A DNA stretch of 63,063 nucleotides, filler included, from Octopus bimaculoides (Eukaryota): the NCBI RefSeq assembly GCF_001194135.2. It is 4 parts of 4 records of this genome, joined end to end, with 100 filler letters (N's around TTAATTAATTAA, not from the genome) between each part and the next. Parts side by side here need not be neighbours in the genome. Positions count along the whole stretch, not along the records: positions 28,934 to 58,224 come from NC_068982.1; 3 more parts are not named here. One strand, 5' to 3'. The translations under genes and the position numbers were made by a program. Shown here in pieces: positions 39,240-50,281 of this stretch (positions are counted from its first letter, which is position 1; every line of letters starts with the position of its first letter). The notes under the pieces were generated by a model. That model searched no databases. It saw nothing but the letters and a program-made list of their open reading frames with translations, and was not told the DNA's origin.

Positions 39240-40070
39240 ATTATTCTGTTTCTGGCAGCCCTGTCTTGGCCAAGAAAGAATATATCCATAGACATGGCAG
39301 AGTTGGGAGTTACATAGATTGGAAGCTGTGCCAGCACTATGGAATGCCAACAGAAAAAAAATGGTAATGGCATACCTAAGAAAAGGTCTCATAAAAATGA
39401 CAAAATAACCATATTCCAGAAAAAAGGAATATCTGTCCTCACAGTTAGGGAGATCAAGGCTAATCGGTTAGATATTGTTGTCAAGAACTACCAAGAAAGA
39501 AAAAAAAAATGTTTCCTCATCGATGTCTATATTAATAGGTGCTAAAGTACCTATTATTATTATAGGGATTGATTATTGATGTTACTGATAGAGATTAGTA
39601 AAACAGTATGTATACAAATACATAACTCAAACCCCAGGACCGATTGTATGGAATGAAGTGAGGTACGAATAGGAAAGAACTTAGCTATCGGTTGGACAGA
39701 TTACCAGAAAGCATACGATAATGTCCGGCACTGTTTTTAATCTTTGCATTGACCATCGAAGTTGATGAAAGAAATTAGCAGTTTTTAAAAAATAGGCAAT
39801 GAGATAAAATTAGGCAAAGAATAGGCAACGGATGTAGGGCAACAATACAGATATGAATCATTAAGTAAAGTGAAAATATGTTGAGGCGGTGGGTATGTCA
39901 AGGAAACTCTCTGTCTTCATAACTTTTCATCATTGCGTTGGTCTCTCTGAGGGGTATACTGAGAAAATCCAGGTCTGCCTATGAGCTTCTCAGAATCAGG
40001 GTAAAAATACAACACCTATTCTTTATGGAAGAAGCTATGACAATGAACATGATAAAGATTAAGAATGATA
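39240..40070 (+). mobile_element. Scrambled R4/Dong-like LINE fragments (zinc knuckle/RLE piece followed by RT piece)
   Basis: PVLAKKEYIHRHGRVGSYIDWKLCQHYG; LAIGWTDYQKAYDNV; IQHLFFMEE (compare INHLLFMDD). Preceded by (AAT)n. Confidence 0.8.
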
Positions 40071-42149
40071 AATGTCAGTCAATCTGTGGAAAAAAAGATG
40101 AAAGTACGGTGTCTTTACTCCTGTTTGTGTTCCAACCAATAGGCTGTGGCTCTGTTGAGGCGCCACTGTTTTCCTCAACTATTCAATGGCCATTCTTTTA
40201 TGGTTGGCTTTTGATGAATAACGTAGCTTGATATTCTTGCCCTCGTTTGAGTATCTAGTCGCGATAAAGGCTCAGCTGAGATTTTGAACAGCAGGTCAAG
40301 TTACTTCTTGAATTCTTTTGACGCCCCTCCATGTAGATCTCCTAGGTGTTTTGACAAGATAATAAACAGTTATGGGTCTTTGAAACCCAAACTATTGCTG
40401 TACCTGGTTCTTACTCTTGACAGGGTTGTTGGGACCTCTGGCTATGTGTAGCAGCATCTTGTTCCGGATTGGTTTAACTCACAATACAAAAGTTTGGTGC
40501 CAGCCCCACTGCAAATATTTTCTGTCTTTGATCCATGGAGTAGGGTCGAAACTCCTCCAGTCTAGTGGTGTTTATTTCCATCCTGAGTTGAAATTCTACC
40601 AAGTTTCATTTTTTTTCTTTTATACAAAACAAAAGCAAGTACAAGAGTTTGAACTCAGAACGTAAAGACAGACGAAATACTGCTAAGCATTTCGCCCGGC
40701 ATGCTAACGTTTCTTATTTCTTTACTGCCCACAAGGGGCTACACATAGAGGGGACAAACAGGGACAGACAAAGGAATTAAGTCGATTATATCGACCCCCA
40801 GTGTGTAACTGATACTTATTTAATCGACCACGAAAGGATGAAAGGCAAAGTCGACCTCGGCGGAATTTGAACTCAGAGCCGATTCAATCGACATTTGAAC
40901 CTTCGATTTTAGAACTTGTAGTCGCCTCTTTCCATCATTACATTTTTTTATCAAAAATCTTTTTCGTTATGAACATCGATAGTTTGATGATATAAAAACA
41001 AATTTTTCAGAGAGCATTAAAAGTGCGAATTAAATGCTATTATAACCAGCAACAACACGCCCTTGATNNNNNNNNNNNNNNNNNNNNNNNNNNNNNNNNN
41101 NNNNNNNNNNNNNNNNNNNNNNNNNNNNNNNNNNNNNNNNNNNNNNNNNNNNNNNNNNNNNNNNNNNNNNNNNNNNNNNNNNNNNNNNNNNNNNNNNNNN
41201 NNNNNNNNNNNNNNNNNNNNNNNNNNNNNNNNNNNNNNNNNNNNNNNNNNNNNNNNNNNNNNAGATTTTTTTTAGTTTCATTTTTGTCTTTTAGAAAATT
41301 TAAAAAGAAAAAGGAAAAACGTTGTGAAGTAGCAAATGTCAGCCCGTTTCAAACAATCAATAAAATAAATTAACAAACGACATAGAAATAAATTCTAGGT
41401 TCCCCTTTGCCATTATTTAAAGTTCAAACCCCAATTTTTGCAACAGTCCAGTAATATAAAAAGGTTTACTTTTTTATTCGAAATAAATTATTTATTTATA
41501 TACTTATTCACTCTGTTTCTTATCTATAGTCATTGATCTTTATTTATTTCGTGATCGTAGTCATTGAGCTATATTTATTTCTGTAATCTATAAGTATTGA
41601 TTTGATCCATACCTTACGACGTTAGAGTAATTTACAATTCTGATTAAAAAACAAAAAAAAAAAACAAAATAACAAAAAACTATTTTCAAAGAAACTTTTC
41701 ACAATGCTGTGAAAATAGAATAAATCATTTCGTTGAAAACATGTAATTTTGTTTTAACAAAACATGTTGCTTTGTTAAGTGTTAAATAACAAAACGTAGT
41801 TTTCTTAGCCTTTGTCATTTTTATTTGTAGAATGCCTCGTAATCAAACTGGAATGCATTGAAACCTCTGTTTATAATTTAGCTACTTTTCATCATTATTT
41901 CTCTCTTGTACAACATCTGCCAATTTCGTGGAATCTGCTTGATAGTTTTTTTTTCTCATGGTGAATAACCATTCTTTACTTCGCTGATCAGTTAAAGATA
42001 TATTATACCTTCTTACGTAGAACTGAAGACCCAACCAAATTTTTCGAGAGGCGAGAGAAGTACAGTGTTTCTTAAAGTCTCGTAATCCTTATTTTATTTT
42101 AGGGTTGTTGTCGCTCTTAATGTCGTCACTAGTGTTACTGTTGCTGTAA

Positions 42150-42585
42150 ATATTCTTTTCTACTCTAGGCACAGAGCCTGAATTTTTTTTTGGTGGGGGC
42201 TAGTCGATTAGATCGACCCCAGTACGCAACTGGTACTTAATTTATCGACCTCGACAGGACGAAAGGCAAAGTCGACCTCGGCGGAATTTGAACTCAGAAC
42301 GTAAAGACAGACGAAATACTACTAAGCGTTTCGCCTGGCGTGCTTATGTTTCGTATTTCTTTATTGCCCACAAGGGGATAAACATAGAGGGGACAAACAA
42401 GGACAGACAAAGGGATTAAGTCGATTACATCGACCTCAGTGCGTAACTGGTACTTAATTTATCGACCCCGAAAGGATGAAAGGCAAAATCGACCTCGGTG
42501 GAATTTGAACTCAGAACGTAAAGGCAGACGAAATACCGCTAAACATTTCGCCGCTGTGCTAGCGTTTCTGCCAGCTCGCACGTTA
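42150..42585 (-). mobile_element. SINE family B (dimeric, tRNA-like head)
   Basis: Minus strand gcgagctggcagaaacgctagcac...ttacgttctgagttcaaattccaccgaggtcgattttgcctttcatcctttcggggtcgataaattaagtaccag, repeated twice. Other copies at about 14200-14390, 20350-20720, 23390-23620, 40620-40880, 50410-50800 and 52370-52808. Confidence 0.85.
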
Positions 42586-42902
42586 ATGTTGCTGTAAACA
42601 TTGCAACAATTGTCGCTGTTGTATTGTTATTTGTTGCTGTTGTTGTTGATGCTGTTGTTGCTTTAATTGATTCTGTTGCTGATGTTGTCGTGACGTTGGT
42701 AGTTCTTCAGCTTCAGATTAATCATAATCATGCAAACCTATCATCAAAAATCTTCCAACCGTGACCATCCCGTCATTTTCTCAGGTATAATACATGTAAG
42801 ACTACATTATACAAACGCATTTTTCCATTTTGAGACGTCAGATGGTAATTTAAGGGAAATATGCTGTTTGACAGCCACTTCTAGCGGTCAAGTGTCTACA
42901 TA

Positions 42903-43786
42903 CAGGATGCGGCAAAATGATCTGACATATTTTTAGGTTTAATAAAAGTGAAATAGAGTAAAGAACGAAAAATGTGTTCTTATTTTCGAAATGTACATGT
43001 AATGCCATTTTGTTTCATTTGGTTTTAAATATTAAATCAGCCAAGTGGGTGCCGATACTGTCCGCACACTGTCGAAGGGGTTCACAAAAGTGTCCATTAC
43101 TCGATAGGTCATTTCATGTGGAATGGCAGCAATTTCTTGATGAGTGGCATCTTTTAATTGTTCAATAGATTGAGGGCGATGAGTGCATACCTCTGATTTC
43201 ATGTATCTCCAGAGATAAACATCGGGTTCAAATCAGGCGATCGACTAACCGATGTGACTGCGCAATGAGATCAGATGACCGGGGAACATCTCTCTCAAAA
43301 TCCCCATCACACATCGCGGAGTGTGGGCTGTTGCCCCATCCTGTTGAAATCAAACATTGTCCCTATTGTCAAGTTCATTTAATTTAGGTTTCAGAAAGTT
43401 CTCTAGCATCATACAATATCGATCAGAGTTCACAGCCATTGTCACATTGTCTTCTTCGAAGAAGTACGGACTCCAAATACTGAATTCTGTTGCCGCAGAA
43501 TTTTGAGTAGGTACAGGATCACGTCTACCAAGCCTTAAGTGCACATGGAACACAGTTACGGATTCGTTGTTCTTGATAAACGTTTCCATAATGAAAGCAC
43601 GATGCTCGTTCGTCCAATACATATTAGCAACTGAAAGCAAAATAAAACAAAATATCACAAATGGCAGCTATTGAAACAAAACGGCATTATATGTACATTT
43701 TGAAGATAAAAACACATTTTTTGTTCTCTACTCTGTTTTACTTTTATTAAACCTACAAATGTGTCAGATCATTTTGCCGCACCCAG
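42903..43786 (-). mobile_element. Complete-ended, internally deleted Tc1/mariner (maT/rosa-like) element with about 115-bp TIRs and TA TSD
   Basis: TA|caggatgcggcaaaatgatctgac ... gtcagatcattttgccgcacccag|TA. Minus ORF remnants MYWTNEHRAFIMETFIKNNESV, VNSDRYCMMLENFL, FQQDGATAHT and SPDLNP. Confidence 0.93.
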
Positions 43787-44041
43787 TAGAATCTTATTAT
43801 TTAGTATGCAGTAGTAGTAGTGGTGGTGGTGGTGGTAGTAATAATAGTAGTAGTGGTTGTTTAGCACCTAGTTAACTCTGATAGAAGCAACCTTAGATCA
43901 AACATTTTCCAGCCGTGACCACCCCGTCTTTTTGCAAGTATGTATAAAACAACATTATTTCAATAAGTTTTCTCTTACTTAAAGATGTGATTTTAAGGAA
44001 GTTTTGGTTAGTATTTCTAGCACGCCAGCGACTATGTAGAG

Positions 44042-44347
44042 TAGGGGTTCCCAACCATTTTTTTTAATCAACGGACCCCTTTGATTACGATTTTATTCTG
44101 GTGGACCCCACAGAGCCATTCGATATTTAAAAACTAGTTTTATCAAAATTTCCACTTCGCTTTTCACACATTAACTTGTGCAGGTTGAACTTTGTTAAAC
44201 GTAAGAGAAAGAAATTCAGCTGTTTTTTTTTCAGGGGCCCTTAAAATACTATTGTGGATCCCCAATTCATTATTTTGTTGTATGGAACCCCCAAAAATCT
44301 TATACGGAAGCCTCATGGATCATATGGACCCCGGTTGAGAACTGCTG
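44042..44347. mobile_element. hAT (Charlie-like) MITE, 306 bp, 8-bp TSD ATGTAGAG
   Basis: TIRs taggggttcccaacc / ggttgagaactgctg. Identical atgtagag at 44034-44041 and 44348-44355. Confidence 0.93.
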
Positions 44348-44874
44348 ATGTAGAGTCTCTCTTGATGGTCCCTTATTATAGTAGTAATTTTGGTGGCGAG
44401 GGTAGTGGCAGTAAGGGTTATAGTCGTAGTGGTACTAAATATATGCGTAGAAGTGGTAATAGTAGTAGTGGTTACAATGGCAGTAGCTGTTTTGTACTGC
44501 AAGAGGAACATTAAAAAACAATTCTATAGTCATATAAGATAAAATATTCCGAATGAGGATTACACGTATGTCATGGAAAGATTATAAAGCTGGTAATATA
44601 AATTCAATGCAGATTAAGGAGAGGAAAATATCAAGAGGATCTCAAAGTCCCAGAGAAAAATAGTTTTAAATGATAGTAGTTGAACGGGAAATACAATGAA
44701 ATGTCAATAACATTGGCCTACAAGATTCAACATTTTTCTCGTACAGAGACGAAATCAATCCTTAATAATTTTGGATCTCTGATAACAAAAATCATATTCA
44801 TTTTGAAAGATTATCTAAAAATTTTGAATATTATTTACATTTGACGGATATTTGTCCTCATCTTGCTTGTTGGT

Positions 44875-44920
44875 AACACAATGTTTCGACTGATATACCC
44901 TCCAGCCTTCATCAGGTGTC
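44875..44920 (-). ncRNA. Minimal type I hammerhead ribozyme motif in a PLE-type repeat
   Basis: GACAC CUGAUGA A GGCUG GAGGGUAUAU CAGUC GAAA CAUU GUGUU: stem I GACAC/GUGUU, stem II GGCUG/CAGUC, intact core, predicted AUU cleavage. Confidence 0.75.
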
Positions 44921-44970
44921 TTGGGGGAAATTTCGAACCTGGGTTCTCATTCCTAAGGCATTTTTCGATG

Positions 44971-45030
<60 letters not shown>

Positions 45031-45175
45031 TGTAGTTTTATTTTTATAACGTGCTTTCACTTCACTACCGAGCGCAGCTCTGTGTGCCTTGGGTATGTGC
45101 TGTGGTTTGCTGTGATGCTCTTATGGTTACTGCATTGAAAGTGCTTTGCGTAATTATTATTATTATGCCCGTGGG

Positions 45176-45265
45176 CATATGGCGTAGTGGTTAAGAGCGC
45201 AAGCTACTAACCTCAAGATTCCGATTTCGATTCCAGGCAGTGACCTGAATGATAATAATAATAAT
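45176..45265 (+). mobile_element. Short tRNA-derived SINE head plus (AAT)n tail
   Basis: catatggcgtagtggttaagagcgcaagctactaacctcaagattccgatttcgattccaggcagtgacctgaat has box A/B-like motifs but no complete cloverleaf. Confidence 0.7.
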
Positions 45266-45459
45266 AGTCAAGACGAAGAGCGCGATTCGATTGTAAGATA
45301 TTTCATTAGTTGAACGATATTTCAACAGTACGTCTGTCTTTGTCAAGTTCAAAATAATAAGTGATAAAAATTTTGAACTTGACGAAGACAGACGTACTGT
45401 TGAAAGATCGTTCAACCAATAAAATATCTTACACTCGAATCGCGCTCTTCGTCTTGACT
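45266..45459. repeat. 194-nt hairpin, 90-bp arms with 5 differences, 14-nt loop
   Basis: 45266-45355 versus the reverse complement of 45370-45459, compared base by base. Confidence 0.95.
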
Positions 45460-45513
45460 TTTTACCTTTGTGAAGAGTTACGTCAATCCTTTTAAAAATA
45501 TAATAATAATAAT

Positions 45514-45557
<44 letters not shown>

Positions 45558-45609
45558 CAACATCGAAAAATACCTTAGGAATGAGAATCCAGGTTCGAAA
45601 TTTCCCCAA

Positions 45610-45655
45610 GACACCTGATGAAGGCTGGAGGGTATATCAACCAAAACCTTGTGTT
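45610..45655 (+). ncRNA. Degenerate copy of the same hammerhead motif (GAAA changed to AAAA, stem II mismatch)
   Basis: gacac ctgatga a ggctg gagggtatat caacc aaaa cctt gtgtt. Confidence 0.6.
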
Positions 45656-45739
45656 AACAACAAACAAGATGAGGACAAATATCCGTCAAATGTAAATAAT
45701 GTAAATAAGTTCTGTCAATATCGAACTTTTGAAAATCGT

Positions 45740-46560
45740 AACTGAAGAAAATTCCAAGAAAACTGTGTGAAAGTTAGCGAAACATTTAATTTCAAATAAC
45801 ATTTCGATCATAAAACTCTTCCATGAATAAGAAAAATGGCTGAACATAGCCAGTTGGTTCCTTATAATCTGACTGCTCTTGGCTGATCCAAAGAGTTCCT
45901 TTCTGTCCGTCATTGAAGAGTTGACTTATTACCGAAACTTCACTGGGTAGAATCATCACAAGTGATGAAAAGTGGGTTCCCTATAACGATGTCCAATAAA
46001 GACGATGAGAGTTAGCATCCATTGAAGAAAAGAGAATCAACTTCTAAAACAGGACTACACCCGAAAAATGTTATGCTTTGTGTTTGGCGAGATAAGAAGG
46101 GCGTCGTCTGCCATGAAATGTTAAACCAAAACAGAACTGTGAATGCGGAGACGTATTGTCGTGAATTGGAAGCATTACATAAAAATTTTGTAGGAAAGGT
46201 GTTCATCACTGGTCGATCATAAAGGGATTTTCTCCTTACACAATAATTCAAGATCACATATTACCCAAGTTGCTCAGGAAAAGGTTATAGCACTAAATAA
46301 TAGAAGTTTTAGCACATCCGCCTTACTCAATTAACCTTGCTTCGTCTGACTGTCATCTTTTCAGGTTATTGAAACATTAGAGGAAAAGGATTAAAAATTA
46401 TATTGTCTGTTTCTTTGCTTCGAAACCTGAAGAATTTTATGTGTGAAGGATCAAGAATTTGCCAAATAGATGGGATTATGCTATCAATAACGAGGGGGAA
46501 ATTTATTGATTACATATACCAATTAACAACAAAGAAGCATTTGTTTCTTTCCCATCTTGA
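45740..46560 (+). mobile_element. Decayed mariner (DD34D-type) transposase
   Basis: TSDEKWVPY; LHPKNVMLCVWRDKKGVVCHEMLNQNRTVNAETYCREL; HPPYSINLASSDCHLF. Confidence 0.88.
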
Positions 46561-47029
46561 AATACGATAGGATTCTCTTTACAAACTAGTCTCTCGCTCT
46601 TTCTATTTGTCTGTCTGTCTATCTGTCTCCCCTCTCTCTCTCTCTCTCTCTCTCTCTCCACACACGCACGCACGCACACACACGCACACACACACACATA
46701 TATATAGTGATAGGCTAATACTGATAGCTGCTGGTGATGATGAAGTAAGCACGCTATGGCGATGAGGCTTTACGATGATGATAAAATTTATTCTTTTTAA
46801 GATACTGATGAAAGTGGCGGGGCGGGGGTTGATGGGCGATAACTGCAAAGAGAAATATCAACAACAGCAGTAACAACAACAAGAAAACTAAGAAGAGAAA
46901 CAGCAGAAAGCAACATCAACAGTAACAAAATGAACAATAATACATATATAGAGCGGATGATGGGAAAAAGCATCTTGTCACGTTTGATGTGTAAGAAGAG
47001 ACACAAAGGACACACGGATCACATGTAGA

Positions 47030-47321
47030 CATGTATGTGTGTGTGTGTATTTGTCTATATGTGTGTATGTATGTATGTATGTATGTATGTATGTATGCAT
47101 GTATGTATGTATGTATGTATGCATGTATGTGTGTATGTATGTATGTATGTATGTATGTATGTATGTATGCATGTATGCATGTATGTATGTATGCATGTAT
47201 GCGTGTATGTATGTGCGTGTATGTGTGTATGTATGTGTGTATGTATGTGTTTATGTGTGTATGTATGTATGTGTGTCTGTATGTATGTACGTATGTATGT
47301 GTGTATGTGTGTATGTGTGTG
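47030..47321. repeat. (TATG)n/(TG)n microsatellite array
   Basis: Directly visible. It generates the long spurious MYVC ORFs. Confidence 0.98.
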
Positions 47322-47558
47322 NNNNNNNNNNNNNNNNNNNNNNNNNNNNNNNNNNNNNNNNNNNNNNNNNNNNNNNNNNNNNNNNNNNNNNNNNNNNNNN
47401 NNNNNNNNNNNNNNNNNNNNNNNNNNNNNNNNNNNNNNNNNNNNNNNNNNNNNNNNNNNNNNNNNNNNNNNNNNNNNNNNNNNNNNNNNNNNNNNNNNNN
47501 NNNNNNNNNNNNNNNNNNNNNNNNNNNNNNNNNNNNNNNNNTATATATATACATACAT

Positions 47559-47595
<37 letters not shown>

Positions 47596-49008
47596 ATATA
47601 TATATATATATGTATGTATGTATGCATGTATGTATATATACTTACATGCATACATACATACATACATACATACACAATATACGTATACATATATATATAT
47701 ACGTGTGCTTCTACATATTGGTAAAATATTTGTTTATAATTTGTGATTTTACACGTACACACACATGTATGTACACGTATGTATAAATATGAATATACAT
47801 ATATATGTGTGCGTGTGTGCGTGTATATATGTGTATGTATGTATATTGGTCGGGGAATGTTTACACACGTACTTTTGAACAGATAAAAACATTTGAAAAC
47901 ACAATTGCAAACACGTAGGCACGAACTCTCTCCCTCTATGATACTCGCACGCACACAAAGATAAAGTGCTCACAACTGAAAGTATGTGTGTATGTGTGTG
48001 TGTATGAGATAAAGATGTATGTTTGTGGTACATATTCGCGTATTTCTGGGAAGATGCATTCGCACACGCGTACCTCTGACTGGTTATAAAGAAAGATTGT
48101 TGCCTACCTTCTTAAATATCAATTGCTAACAGCCAATAAAGATTTTTACAAAAGTTCCTGTTGATATAACTGTGGATTCTGTTTTTCTTCTTCGACACCG
48201 TGTTAAACTGTCACGATATCCAATGTACGTATATTATAACGAACTAATACAAATAATTAACAGTTTCTTCGTTTCTTACTGTAAATAAACAAAGTAGGTA
48301 TAATAAATATAAACTGTATATGTATATTTGTTTTCTGTTATTGGTTTATCTAGATATTCGATCTCGGCTATGTTGGAGGTATTGACTAGAAGCGTTCTCA
48401 GTCGATTATATTAACCTCAGTTCATTGGCTGCTTCAGAAGAATATTATTATTATCATCGTACATCGGGGTATATAATGTGAACATTCACATGAAGAGAGA
48501 TAGCTGACAGAGGGGTCACACAGGAGAGCTAGGAAGAAGGGGAGATAATAAAGTAGTGGTGATCCCAAAATGAAGGTGCGCGTGCGTATATATTTGAGAG
48601 CGTGTATGTGCATGTGTGTGCGTGTGGAAGGGGGCTGGTGACATTGACGTGTGCGTGTGTGCATGTGTAGGTGTGTGGATGATGGTGTAGGTGCTGAGAA
48701 GTGGTTAGTGCTAGTGTGTGCGGAGTGGTGTTATGTGGTGTGGTATGATGGTGTGTGGTGTGGTGGTGTGTGGTGTNNNNNNNNNNNNNNNNNNNNNNNN
48801 NNNNNNNNNNNNNNNNNNNNNNNNNNNNNNNNNNNNNNNNNNNNNNNNNNNNNNNNNNNNNNNNNNNNNNNNNNNNNNNNNNNNNNNNNNNNNNNNNNNN
48901 NNNNNNNNNNNNNNNNNNNNNNNNNNNNNNNNNNNNNNNNNNNNNNNNNNNNNNNGGTAGGTTAAAGGGATGGGGTTTGGTGGGATGGGATGTATAGGGA
49001 TGGTGAGG

Positions 49009-49042
<34 letters not shown>

Positions 49043-49129
49043 TTGGAATTTACAAAAAACAAAAGACGAAGACAGGCGTGTAAACAAGAAACAAGTGTAT
49101 TAGTTTAACGCTCGGAAAGGTGAGAAAGT

Positions 49130-49165
49130 CTTTTACGTTTCGAGCCTACGCTTTTCTACAGAAAG
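49130..49165 (-). ncRNA. Minimal hammerhead-like motif with variant core CUGUAGA
   Basis: CUUU CUGUAGA A AAGC GUAG GCUC GAAA CGUA AAAG: palindromic ACGU stem III, GUA triplet, one stem II mismatch. Confidence 0.55.
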
Positions 49166-50245
49166 GAATAAGAGAAAATAAACAGAGAATAAAAAAGCTT
49201 TAGTGGCTAGCGGTCAATCATGGCGATATATATATATATATATATATATCTGTGTGTGTGTGTGTGTAATATTGTCATTTCGCATGAGTTAGCATAACGG
49301 TTAATCAATGCTTAGAACTCCATATCAGTCCATGTATACCCAAATTCCAATCATATACTAAATATAATTTGTCTTCCGATTTTCTTTTGATATCATTTGC
49401 TTTTGAATGATATACAGAGTCTGTATTTCAGAGCTGAAGAAAACAGATTTGGTTAAACTTTTTATTAGGCCATCATAAATTGCTATTTCTTTACACGTGT
49501 TTCACGAGTGAATGTTGGATGGTTCACTGGTATGTTGGATGGTTATCATTACGTAGGAGATTGAAACGACAGATTTTTCAGAAGTAAATTGTAATTTCAT
49601 CTATATGTACTTACCATCCTCCGTTGGTTGGCAGTGCTAAAGAAGAACTGTGTGAATATTTCTGAGTACATTCTATATATATATATTTGATTAAGAAAGG
49701 AAGATTATTATTAATACTTTACCAGCGAGACAAAGACAGAAAAAAAGAAGGAAAGGTAATAATCGTTATCGGGATCTCTTACGTACAAAAGGAAATTGAA
49801 CATCTAAACTGTCATAGATCAAAGTTAACGATGATAAATGTTTCAGAAATCAGTAGAAGAGGAAAAACATGCAGAAAGTTTTGAGTAAGAAATAGCTGTA
49901 CTCACTCGTAAACATAGACACTCTCATACTCACCCATATACGTATATAACTTTATTTACTTACACCTACCGACATATGCATAAATCCGAACGTCGAAGCA
50001 TACACATCTACACATATACGAAGAGTGTTTCAAAGTCAACCTGCCTCAACAAATCGAATGCGTTGTGAACAGATATCGTTTGCAAGAAGTTGTTCACCGA
50101 AGTCGAAATACAGCAGCGATTAGCATCTTCACGTTCAAATCTGCCATAGCAAATTCTGAGAGAATTTTTTTTGTGATATAATTGAACTCTCTATCAGAAT
50201 AAGTCAGTCGCCCATGTTTTAAATTAGTTTGTATTAATTAGAAAC

Positions 50246-50281
<36 letters not shown>

